Shown piece after piece: positions 23,220 to 34,597 of a stretch of DNA of 64,000 nucleotides. Origin of the DNA: Sporopachydermia quercuum (lineage: Eukaryota). The translations under genes and the position numbers were made by a program. How positions within the stretch are numbered: position 1 is the first letter of the stretch; every line of letters starts with the position of its first letter. The notes under the pieces are model-generated. The model worked only from the letters and a program-made list of their open reading frames with translations, was not told the origin of the DNA and made no database searches. The stretch lies in assembly GCA_001599295.1 (NCBI GenBank), contig BCGN01000007.1, positions 770,470 through 834,469 of the forward strand. Reading direction: 5' to 3'.

Positions 23220-26200
23220 CTCAATAGATCACTTGATGCTAGTTATGATGCATGCGATGAAGGGCGGTTAAGGTGAAATGACTATTAAAGTTGAAACTAG
23301 AGACAAATAAAAAAGAGAAAAGAAACAAAGCAATAAGTTTTGACCTATCACAATATGTTGCTGATGTTAAGTATTTGTTAGAACCATCAAACAACGATAT
23401 ACTTGAAAATGAAGCGTTGGGGATGGAAATAGAAAACAGCAACAAGCTGAAAGAAAAGGTGAAATAAAGTGAGAAGGAAAAGAAGGTTTATTTGTGAGGA
23501 GAGAAAAAAAATGCGATAATGCTTAAATTACGCAGGATTATACATGATTTATGCAGATAGTCTGCAAATGAAATGAAGAGTTGATTAATTTTTAACGATG
23601 GATTTAATTAAGCAATAGGCTATTTTATTCAAAAATGGGGTAAATTGAGGATTGGTGATAAGTGATTTTGATTCAATAAAAATAAAAAGATAAGGAAAAG
23701 ACGTTTTATCGTAATTTAGCGGCGGTGGAGAATGAAATGAATGAGAAGAAGAGGAGGTGTGAGTGTTGAGCACATACAATAGATTATTCTAACAGGACAG
23801 CTTTTAGCTTTCAAGATTACTTGAATATGTTAAATATATTGTAGTAAAACAAAAAAAAGTCATCTCCCAAACGTAGACAATGCTATCTCAACACATAAAT
23901 TTACCTGAAAATCGTTACTGTCACTTATCATATGCTTAGTTCATGCAAATATCATGTATTAGAACTTCAGCTTCATTCAGGGTGGAAAGGACAAATTATA
24001 GTTTAAACCTTACTCATCTAAAACCCTACTAAATTAGAGTTTATTCCTGATGTTCACTAATACCAGAACTTTAAAAGTGCGGGGCTCCTCTTTTCAATTA
24101 CATCAAAATTTTTGCATGAAACCTTTTTTCTCGATGGCGTAACTTGTGTTTAAGGTCAAAATGATCTGAGACTCGGAGGAACAAAAAGGTGAACGTTGAC
24201 ACCGACTGATTGCCAGTAGTGGATAATAGGGTTTAGAGAGCTATCTAAAACACTACAGGAACTTCTGTTTATGATATTTAGTGCTATTGGCAGTGAAATA
24301 TTTTTGGAAGATGTAAAGATGGTTTAATGCTAAGGAAAATAATCTATCAACTTCTAGGGCGATAGAAAATTTTGAGTGTTCTAGTGAGAATCTATTGCAT
24401 GTATCGATGAAGGAAAGGAGTGTAAGGTTGCAGACTACTGAAAGTAAATACAGGAAATTTCATATGCTCGAANTAAACAGAGTATGTCTTGCCTTGCTGT
24501 ACCTGATTTTCTTTTCTCCGAAGCACGTGATGTAGTATAAATCACGTTGGTACTAAGTTTAGGCCAATCCTCTGAACCATCAATGTTCTGAGCTGAACAT
24601 AAATCGTTTTACAATATCAATTAAATCTTTAATGAGGACATGTAACAATATAAAATAATTATTCTTTATTGAAAAGCTTTGATCGAAAATAATCATTTGT
24701 TGAGAGCGGTCCATCCAAAGTCACCTTTGCANTATGCGGAATCGTCCACAACCTGGAATGATTGATCAAATATCAAAAAGTGTATACAATTCAATTTAAC
24801 AGTTAAAGCATTTAGTTTGTTTAATTAAAGATCTTGAGAATAATGGGGGGTGGTTTTGTTTCCAATGCCTCAGCCCCGTGAACAACAGTTGAATCAGCTC
24901 AAAAATTTCCTCCAGAACGTCCCAAGTTATTAGTCTAAACCATCTATATTAATGAGCTTGTAGAAGATGATTCATCCATTGGTAACAGCTAGGACATACA
25001 GCAGCACCAAAAGGATTTAAGAATTATATATTCATACGTAGTTACTATGAAAATGGCAGAAACGACTATCCTTGTTATCGTTTACGCTACCTCTTCAGGC
25101 TCCGTAGAATGAAAAAATGGTCAAAACTAGAACAATGTGAACCAATAAACCATCAACCAAACAAAAAAATAATTGTTATGAACAAAAGGTAATCATAACT
25201 GTAATAGCCAATCATCGTAAATGAGTAGCTTGCGATACTTACCAAACAAACAAAGAGTATCAGAAAAAGACACTGTTCCCTAGTGAGCAAGCACCCAACA
25301 GCTGAGGAGAACAGTGTCGGCAATAATTACATTATCATTGCCATTAAACATACAATGAATACGGAAGTGTAATAAATAGCAGTATTATGAAGCTCAAGTG
25401 ACTCCCAGCTTTCAACTCTAACCCGAGCAAGTAGGCAAACTTTCCAGTCGAAGTCGTCTAAAAGGATCACTTGCAGCCTCTTTGGACGGTCTTTAACAAT
25501 TTGCTCAATACTAATCTTAAATTTAGATTATCAGCCTTANAAGGCTATACAAAAGCTTACAAATAATGAAAAAATAATTTTAAAACATCATTCTACAAGG
25601 CTATATTGTAGGAAGACGAACGTAGCAAGTATACACGGTGTGCAAGTGCAAATAACATTCCGTAACCAGAGACTCGAACATTCCTTTTTTCCACTTCACT
25701 ACAGATTGCAATTTTACTATTACCCNTAACTGGATTTCAATACTGTTATACCCTCTGTTGGAGTTTTATAGTAGCATTTTCGAATAATTTGACTACAAAA
25801 CAATATAAAACAATCAACTTCGGATCATGCAACAGAATCAGTATAAAAATAAAGTTTAAAAAGGTTCCCAAGTACTAAACTCTAAAGTTAGTATAGAAAG
25901 GACGTTTATACCAATACTACTAATAAGGCAAGCATTACGAGCATCAAACTCATTCTTCTTTCATAACTTGATTTTCAGGAAGTAATCTTTAATCTTCGTA
26001 TTGAGTTCCAACACTATCAATCAATATTCTTTTCAGCCCTTTTATCAGCCGTTTGAGAAACCCTAGAGATATTTAAATTCACTTGGTGAGAGCGGATGAT
26101 TACTAATATTGAACTATATTAACATCGTTACTATTAATGCACATGAGAGATATACTATAAAGCATGATGTATTCATTTACTGTCTTGACAAGGATGATAA

Positions 26201-26850
26201 GCTTAAAAATCCCCTCCTTTTACAGCTTATCCTTGGAATCTTATTGCTATTTTTTTTCTTCCTGTGGTTTGCTTTTATAAAGTTTCTTTAATGGTCGGTC
26301 GTACATTCATTTCAATTCTTGAAAGTCTTGAACGACAGACGGAGAATGATTTTTTGTCAGAAAAATCGTAATGGGCTACCGAGTCTTTCAAATATTTAAA
26401 TCATGTAATCAAACTCATAGATTCAAATTGAAAGGCTTGGATCTTTTTATTACTTTTACTATTAACTTGTTTTATACTTTATATAGAAAAAGTAATTATT
26501 GTATCCGAGAGCTAAATTCTACTTGTTGACAGAGAACAGAAAAAGTCTCCACCACAACTGTTCCTTATTTTACTAGACCAAAGCGAAACATAGTCAAATA
26601 ACTCAACTTCAATAAAGATCGGTAAAAAAAAATCAAATATGCTTAACCAATAGCCTTCACTTATCTGTATAAGCTTATTAATTAATCGCTTTTTGGTTTC
26701 AAATCGAATAAAATACAATAGAACCCAACTTGCTAGAATTCTAGGGTATCATCTACTTACATAAACATATATTAATATTAGTAATATTAATCTCTTTCAT
26801 TCTATATATTCTATAGCATTATCACATATATAATATAAATTCTATCACAT

Positions 26851-28019
26851 TTATTGGGGTCCCTTAATAACAGTTTTCATACCTCTTCCTTCTTTGACAG
26901 CATCAAAAGCTTCTTGAGCNTTATCAAAGTCAACGATATCGCTAACCAAGCATTTAACATTGATAATACCAGCTTCAACCAAAGAAATTGCCTTTTCAAA
27001 ATCTCCTTTGTTGTATCTAAAACATCCTTTGAAATCAATTTCTCTAATGCAGATACTAGCCACAGGAAGTTCTGCAGTATCTTTACCCATACCAGTTTGA
27101 ATGAAAACACCTCTGGGTCTCAAAGCATTTAAACCAACTTGCATACAATATTGAGCACCTGTAGCTTCAAATGTGTACTCAAAACCTCTTTCTTCCTCTA
27201 AGCCGTATTTCTGGACTAGGAATTCAGCCATTTCGGCAGCAGATTTTCCTTTGATTGATTTCTCAGTTAGAACACCGAAGTTCTTTCTAGCGAATTCAAG
27301 TCTGTCATCATTGATATCAACAACAACAACGGTTTTAGCGGAGCAAGCATTCTTTGCAATAGCAGCAATCAACACACCAACAGTGCCAGCACCAAATACC
27401 AATACTGATGATCCGTGTCTGACACCTGCTTGCTTTTCAGCATGAACAGAAACAGCTAATGGTTCCATCAAAGCACCTTCCAACAAGGACATGTTTTCTG
27501 GTAATTTATATACAAAAGTTTCAGTGCTTTTGAAGTACTTTGTTAAAGTTCCATCGACAGGAGGAGCAGCTGCAAATCTCATCTCAGCACAGTGGTTGTA
27601 TTGACCACTCAAACATTGTGCGCATTTGAAACAAGGAACACCAGGTTCTACGCATACATGATCCCCAATTTTGAATTTTGTTACATCAGAGCCGACATCA
27701 ACAACGATTGCGGATGATTCATGTCCCAGTATTAGAGGCTTTTTCACAATGAAACTCCCAATCGAACCATGCTGGTAGAAATGGACATCGCTACCGCAGA
27801 TACCTGTGTACTTAATTTCTAATAAAACATCTTTTCCGTTAGTGATATTTGGGACAGGGCGATCTTCATAAGACAAATCTTCGATCTTTTGAAGAACAAA
27901 AGAATGGTTCTATCAAATTGCACAATGTTAGTATACAGATATATTGGAATGCAGCTAATCTAGAAAAGGATTTCCTTTGAAACCATTTAAAATCATACCT
28001 GGGAAGCAGTTGGTGACAT
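26851..28019 (-). CDS. Zn-dependent NAD(H) polyol dehydrogenase (sorbitol/xylitol dehydrogenase family, MDR), 2 exons
   Basis: Exon 1 is 28019-27999 (MSPTASQ), the intron 27998-27910 (GTATGA...TACTAAC...TAG), and exon 2 starts at 27909 (NHSFVLQKIEDLSYE). Motifs: GICGSDVH, GHES, structural-Zn CFKCAQC...C, EPLAVSVH, GAGTVG, VVDIND (NAD type), GCFRY. Confidence 0.92.
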
Positions 28020-28274
28020 CGTAAAATATTTTGGTTGAATGGAGTTCAATGGAAAAAATTGGTATACTTGTTGAAAATATTAGAATGAAGAAAATTCGGG
28101 GCGATCAAGAGTCGATTGTCTATCTTTTACTAGTAAATTTCTGTAAAAGAAGACGATGTATGGTTTATATAGATTGTCGACAATCCATATCTGAACGTTG
28201 AATTTCGAAGTATATACGTATGTTTAGTTCAGTATTTATCCAGATTTTATCAACAAAGAAATAAATTTATCTCG

Positions 28275-31270
28275 ATTGTGGGGAAATTGTGTGGAGTACC
28301 AAGTCTTGAAAAGTCATTAACGAATTTTCATATTTTTATTTGTCATTTTCCTCGTATCAATTACCTGGTTTAGACATACTTACGTTGATACTCGACAACG
28401 CTGCCAAAAGCGTGTTTTTCAGAATCATAAATTTCCCCTGTTTTTCTTGATTTGGAGTTGATGTTTAGAATCCGAAAACCGTTTCACTAAAATATATACC
28501 TAAACTTAAAGTTTAGGTTTTATATTATGAAATTAGTACATGAAATTTCCGGATTTTTTTCTCGTAATACATACTTTAATAAGTAACTCCATCCTTTCTC
28601 CAGATTCTCCATCTCTTCTCTACTTCATTACAAGAAAATAAAAGTTTTCTCATCGTACTCACTATCTGAATTCAAGGGTTCCCCATCTCTTTGAACTGAA
28701 ACAATTGGAACACAAAGTTTTNCCCCCACAATTTCTATTGTTCATATCAGTCGTTTCAATTACCTTCTTCGTCGGGTTTTCTTCTTCGTCCAGTTTTACG
28801 TACCCCAGATTCAGATTTAGGAAGATATTTCTGGTTCAACTTCCGAGTCTTAACTCTATCTCCTCGCCTTCAGAATTGTGGGTTGGTGGCTATTTTACTT
28901 CGGAGTTCTGTTATATTTGTGGAAACTTAAATCTCGTGTTTGCCTCAGGACATAAAATAGACTATTGTTGGTAGAAGCGTGACAATCAGTGAAGAAAAGG
29001 AAACGCGAAGATGCTGAATCAACTGTCAATTACTTATTCTGATATTATTCAACTAGTACTCAATATTTACCAACCTCAAGGTTTATCTTGGTGCTCATTT
29101 CTTTTCAATGAAGTGCATTCTATGCGTTTCCTTCAAACACACCATATCCAATATAATTAGAACTTCCCATTCTACTTTAAGTATAATCTATCTAAAGTGT
29201 ATTGAGTTTATTCAAACTATCTATGTGCACTAAAAAAACAAATAAACATCAACCAAAACACATACATTCATTTCTCATTCAATATCTGTATATTCATCCT
29301 TAAAGCTAATTGGCTTCTTCAATCTCCTTTGCAAGAATCTCACGAGTAAGACCATCATATTTAACAAAGGTAGCAATTGCATCTTTAATTCTGAAAGTTG
29401 CAATTTCATTAGCAGCAATAGCTTTCTCAAGCTTGGTATCATCATCCATATAAGTTTGCTTTGGTGGAGCGTCCTTAACATCAACTTTAGCTGGAAGGGC
29501 AGGCCTGTAATCAGCAGGAGCAGGAGTGTTGATGAGTTTTTCTAAACATGGGATAGGGATGGTCATACCGTCAATACCACTGAGACCTTCAGTTACTTTA
29601 ACACTAATCATAGCGGCAGCAATGTTTTCACACTTGATACCATATGCTCTGTAATAGTTATGTAAATCTCTAGTTAAGGCCCAGCCATAGTTATCTTCAA
29701 GATTATCGTACTCCTTCAATAAGGATAAATCAATGTTTGCTGCTAATTCATCAACATAAGTAGAAATAGCATGACAACCAGCTTCAGCAGCGGCAATTCC
29801 TTGAGGAACTGAATGAACCATGGTACCAAGAGTCTTAATTCCCTTAGTCTTGAGGATTTGAGCAGCCTTTAAACCAGGATAAGTAGAAGGAACTTTGATA
29901 ATGACCTTGTCAGTGGGGACATCAAGATTGTTATAAGCCTTAATATAAGCTTCGGCAGCAGCAACAGTCTTTTCAGTATCATACGCAAAACCAGGATAAG
30001 TTTGAGTTAATGAGTGTCCCTTAACAACCTTCAACATATTCNTACCGAGGATAGCTGAGATGTAATTGATAACGGCATCAACAAAACCATCTTTACCATC
30101 TTTCTCGATTGAGTGGCCAAATTGCTTAGCATATTGGATAGCTTGCTTAGCTAAAGTAGGATCTTTGTTTAACATAAACCAAATGTGAAATTGGTTAGAG
30201 GTAGCATTATCAAAGTATCCAGCTGGCTTAATAGCTAAAGCACCCTCAGGCCACATGGTATCAACACTGATAGTGGTGTGTTCGGCAATAGCGTCGAGTA
30301 AGGTGATAGTCATTTTGAAAGAATATTGAATGGCTGCTAGTTCACAAGTAGTGGTACTGGGACGTGTAGTGAGCGGTAAATGAAGTGGTGTTTGTTTTTA
30401 ATTAACTACGTTATGTAATAAAGCCAAGAAATGAAAATATAGAGGAAATATGAATGAAAAACTGGGATCGAAGTGTTTCTTATAGTAGCTATCTATGGTT
30501 TCCAGATTGAACTTCTCTGTGCGGAGAAATCACCAGATTTGGTTACCTTTCCTTAAGATTAGAAGTGAGAAAATCAATAATAAGTACTCTATCTAAAGCT
30601 TGATTGAAAGAATGAAGATAAAATTCTTCAATTAAGCTTCAACAGAATACTTTAAAATATTCAATAAGGGATAGACGGGCTCCTGAAAAATTGATCAGTA
30701 CCAAGTCGTACCATGTTGCCTGAATGGGAATGAAATACGATGTCAAATCTCCAGATTCCCCACAATTCGGAAAGATAGCCAAAGTGGGTACTACGAGTTA
30801 TCCGAGTGATTGCTCTTTAAAGGAATATGAATACGAGTTATGCGAACAACTCTTTTACTGGCAAGTGAAACTGGAACTTAATCTTATCACTATTGCATCC
30901 TTCTGCGGGGAAATTTCTTTTTANTACGTTATGATAATCGTGTTTCTATTATTGCTTTACTTTGTTCTTGTTTAGTAAAAATCCTTTCGCTAATGACTGC
31001 GAAAACAGTCAGAGAAACTTCAAAACTTAACTTTTCTCATGCTATACTTAACCCTGGAATAAGACACAATTACGTACACTAATATCCATTTCTTGGCTTG
31101 ATGTTGAAACAACCACATTTAATTTCATATTCTCCCTAAAAGCAATATTGAATATTCAAAACAACTCAAACAGTTCCAATTAAAATAAAACTGTTCTATA
31201 TTTTTATTTTTCTTCAATAATTTCAGGAATTCATCTCACAGGGTATTCAATAAAAATTTCCCCACATTTA
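28275..31270. promoter_or_regulatory. Cluster of Mig1/CreA-type glucose-repression sites (AT-box + SYGGRG) upstream of dehydrogenase, aldolase and porter
   Basis: attgtgggg 28275-28283, ccccacaatt 28724, ctccagatt ~28598 and ~30749, ccccacaatt 30758, gcgggg 30905, ccccacattt 31260. Confidence 0.55.
29306..30313 (-). CDS. Transaldolase/fructose-6-phosphate-aldolase-fold class I aldolase with FSA-type active site and no phosphate-binding residues
   Basis: 335 aa. VDT (D18), ATSNQ (N40), AYDTEKTV, IIKVPSTYPG (Schiff-base K140), GIKTLGT, QGIAAAEAG and LSGIDGMTI match the transaldolase family. Q104, Y186, E189, A234 and I236 differ from true transaldolases. Confidence 0.88.
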   Translation of the reverse strand: MTITLLDAIAEHTTISVDTMWPEGALAIKPAGYFDNATSNQFHIWFMLNKDPTLAKQAIQYAKQFGHSIEKDGKDGFVDAVINYISAILGXNMLKVVKGHSLTQTYPGFAYDTEKTVAAAEAYIKAYNNLDVPTDKVIIKVPSTYPGLKAAQILKTKGIKTLGTMVHSVPQGIAAAEAGCHAISTYVDELAANIDLSLLKEYDNLEDNYGWALTRDLHNYYRAYGIKCENIAAAMISVKVTEGLSGIDGMTIPIPCLEKLINTPAPADYRPALPAKVDVKDAPPKQTYMDDDTKLEKAIAANEIATFRIKDAIATFVKYDGLTREILAKEIEEAN

Positions 31271-31501
31271 ACTTTTACTTAACCTTAAACCTTAAAATTT
31301 TAAAAACATCATCACAAAACTATAAAAACGAGACTTGATCCACCAAATAAATAATTTACCTCTCCCAACATTCCTTTTCATCTATTGCTTAATCTTTATA
31401 ATCAAGCAAGGAAGAGTGAGAGTAATAACAAAAACAACACATTAATACTCAGTTTAAACTAGAGAATTTAGTGGAGACTGATAACCAACTCTCTACTCAT
31501 T

Positions 31502-33088
31502 ATGGCGGACCGAAAATATATTGGAGGTTCGGGCCAAAAGCTCAATTTCTACTTAACATTTGCAACATGTACTGTGCTTGCATTCTATGGTTATGACCAA
31601 GGTGTCTTTGGTGGTGTTATTATTGGAGATAGCTTTCTCAAACAATTTGGCTACCCTAATGAGGATGTCATTAGTGAGTTGACCTCAGTTTATAATCTTG
31701 GTTGTTTTGCTGGTGCTGTTGCTTGTATGTTCGTTGGAGACTGGTTAGGAAGACCACGTACTCTTATTACTGGTACCTCCTGGATTCTGGTTGGTGCTAT
31801 TATTCAATCAGCTTCTTATTCACAAGCACAAATGTACGTTGGCAGAGTTGTTGCTGGTGTTGGTACTGGTATGAATACTTCAACAGCTGGTATTTTCCAG
31901 AGCGAAACCGCAAAATTCAGCTCTCGTGGTCAGTTGGTTATTCTTCAAATGGCTATGTGTATTGCTGGTTTCAGTCTTTCCAATTGGTTGACTTTCGGAT
32001 TTTCTTACGTCAGCGGTCCAGCTTCCTGGAGGTTCCCATTAGCATTTCAAGTCGTCTTCTGTTTCATGATTTACGCTATTTGCCCATTTTTACCTGATTC
32101 TCCAAGATTATTGGTTCGTAAGGGTAAGACAGACGAGGCTTTGAATGTACTTTCAAAACTTGCTGGAAAAGATGTTCCAAAGGAGGATGAAGAAGTTCAA
32201 AATACTTATAAGAATATCATTGCTGTTCATGAATTAGAAGAAGAAAACAAGGTGTCTTGGATGGACTTGCTACGTGGTAGAGGACCAGTTGGTTCAATGA
32301 GAAGAGTGGTTCTTGGTATGGGAATGCAAGCTATGAATCAGTTAAGTGGTATCAATATTACATCATACTATTTTGCTTGGGTCTTAATTAATGCTGTTAA
32401 CACGTCAGAAGAACTATCAAGAATTCTATCCTGTGCTGGATCAGTTGTTTATTTATGTTCTTCTTTATGTTCTTACTGGACTATTGAAAGATTTGGTAGA
32501 CGTAGAATGATGATGATCTCTTCTGCTGGTATATGCTCTTGTTTCATTGGTATTACTGTCTGTTTATCCTTGATTGGTAAGAATGGGGGAAGCAATGACC
32601 ATGGCCTTGGTGTTGGTGCTACATTCTTTTTCTTCTTATTCTTTGCATTATTTGGTATTGGTTGTCTTGGTGTCCCATGGTTATATCCCTCCGAAATTAA
32701 CAGTTTGGAGTTAAGAACAAAAGGTGCTGCTTTGGCTACAGCTACCAACTGGATTACTAATTACATGGTTGTAAGAGTCACGCCTCCAGGTATTGCTAAC
32801 CTTGGATGGAAATTTTGGATTGTGTGGATTTCTATCAGTGCTTCCTTCATCGTTTTCACTTACTGTTTCTATCCTGAAACTGCTGGTAGAACTCTTGAAG
32901 ATATCGATACCTTGTTCAACAGAGATTTACCTGTTTTCGTTTTCAGGGAAAAACTCGCCGTCCAATTAAAGAGACCTCAAGAGTTCATTGATCAAGAGAA
33001 TGAAAATAATCACTACACCGAAACTGACGAAAAAGACGTGTCAGTTGTCCATGAGGAGGAAACATCTACAAATTCAAAAAGCGTTTAA
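31502..33088 (+). CDS. Sugar-porter MFS, Stl1-like (polyol/sugar:H+ symporter clade)
   Basis: GYDQGVFGG, DWLGRPR, GRVVAGVG.G, WRFPLAFQ, PDSPR, QAMNQLSGIN, ERFGRR, PWLYPSEI..L..R.KG, ATNWITN and YPETAGRTLE. Confidence 0.9.
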   Translation: MADRKYIGGSGQKLNFYLTFATCTVLAFYGYDQGVFGGVIIGDSFLKQFGYPNEDVISELTSVYNLGCFAGAVACMFVGDWLGRPRTLITGTSWILVGAIIQSASYSQAQMYVGRVVAGVGTGMNTSTAGIFQSETAKFSSRGQLVILQMAMCIAGFSLSNWLTFGFSYVSGPASWRFPLAFQVVFCFMIYAICPFLPDSPRLLVRKGKTDEALNVLSKLAGKDVPKEDEEVQNTYKNIIAVHELEEENKVSWMDLLRGRGPVGSMRRVVLGMGMQAMNQLSGINITSYYFAWVLINAVNTSEELSRILSCAGSVVYLCSSLCSYWTIERFGRRRMMMISSAGICSCFIGITVCLSLIGKNGGSNDHGLGVGATFFFFLFFALFGIGCLGVPWLYPSEINSLELRTKGAALATATNWITNYMVVRVTPPGIANLGWKFWIVWISISASFIVFTYCFYPETAGRTLEDIDTLFNRDLPVFVFREKLAVQLKRPQEFIDQENENNHYTETDEKDVSVVHEEETSTNSKSV

Positions 33089-34597
33089 ATGAGAAATGAA
33101 TTGTTTTATTTTAGTTACGTCAAAGTATAGTTAAAATTGTTTTAATAAATTATTAAGTAATATGTATGAAAGGAGTTGACTTAGTAAGAGTNGGAAAGCA
33201 AATCTAGCGAAACTATCTTCGGTTAGCGGTATACCACGGCTGAGAATAACAGCAAGAGAAAACACCAATGATATTGTGGCATGACTATAAAATACGATCG
33301 ACAAACGGGCTTAATTAGCTAGAAGTTTTATTGAAGAACTGATTTGATTTCGAACAACTGTAGAAGAAAACATTCTGACTCATTTTGTTCCATATCTCCA
33401 AATAACGCATAACTGTTGAGAGTGAGACGTAGGCCTCANTNGACCACGTGACATAGAGGGAACTTTTCTCCACTTGGCCTCTTGATTTATTTGTTCCCGT
33501 ACAAGAACGCTGTTCTAGAGAAGAAGTGGCTCTTCGAAGGTCAGCCGCCAGAATGATTTCTTTTCCTGACTCAAGCGAATAGCTTGTTATTCGCTGCAAT
33601 AATTAATAATAATTATTATTATTCAACTATTCGTATTTCTCGCCAAATAACTATTTATTCTCCAAGAGTATCTTTCTTTCTATCACCTACTTCAATTTGA
33701 TCCCGACGATAATGCATGTCAGGTTCATGAGTAATTTTCTTGATGTATCAAAATAGACTTGTATAGTGACTGATGTTGAATAGTATGCTAATAAAGCACA
33801 CTACTTACTCATCATGGCATTAATGCTGTCACACATTGTCATTATCCATTATCCTCATAAGGTATAAAGTTAATCTATTTTAACAAGGTTTCAACCTTAA
33901 CTTTGTTTTTCTTTTATCCCTACCGAAAGATGCAAAACTCCTGCGTCTTAGAAAAGACTGCCCGTAGGTATGAATTAGACTCTTCGTTCAGCACGAAAGG
34001 TTCCAAGAAAATGAGATCCAATATTGCTCACCATTTGAAGTTTGAAGGTCGAAACTTCCGCAATTTAATTTGAAGGACTCTAGGTTAGCTCATGATCAAA
34101 TCTTCGCCAAATTTTCCCGGTGAAAAATTTGCCTAAAAGCCTGTGATTATCATTAATAAGAAACCATATATGCTACTGACAAAAACCTAAACATGAATAT
34201 GCTCAATAATTCCTCCGGATAGTAAGTGAAAATTCGTCCAGTGCAAAGATCGAAAATTAATGGGTAGTATAATGAANTTTTTCAGACTATAGTAAAAATA
34301 ATTGTGAATTATAATAAATGTGAATTATATTAGGGGTGAATCCGTGTTATAACTAATAAGAAGATTCATTACTTGCACTAAGTGTTCGAATAAACCAATC
34401 AGTTTTTTTCTCTTCCATAGCAAAAATGAAATAAAATAAAAATGAAAGAAGATCAACATTCTCCTTGACCAGAAATTTTATNTAAATATAAATTGTATCA
34501 AATCAAACAAAAAACTAGAGTAATGTGTCCTGCACATTATTAACTGAATAAACGTAGTAAAATAAATCTATATCAATTATCTAGAGGTGAATCAGGT

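Noticed and set aside
29306..30313. Calling this gene TAL1
   Set aside because: It lacks the transaldolase Glu/Phe/Asn signature and the phosphate-binding Arg/Ser/Arg residues.
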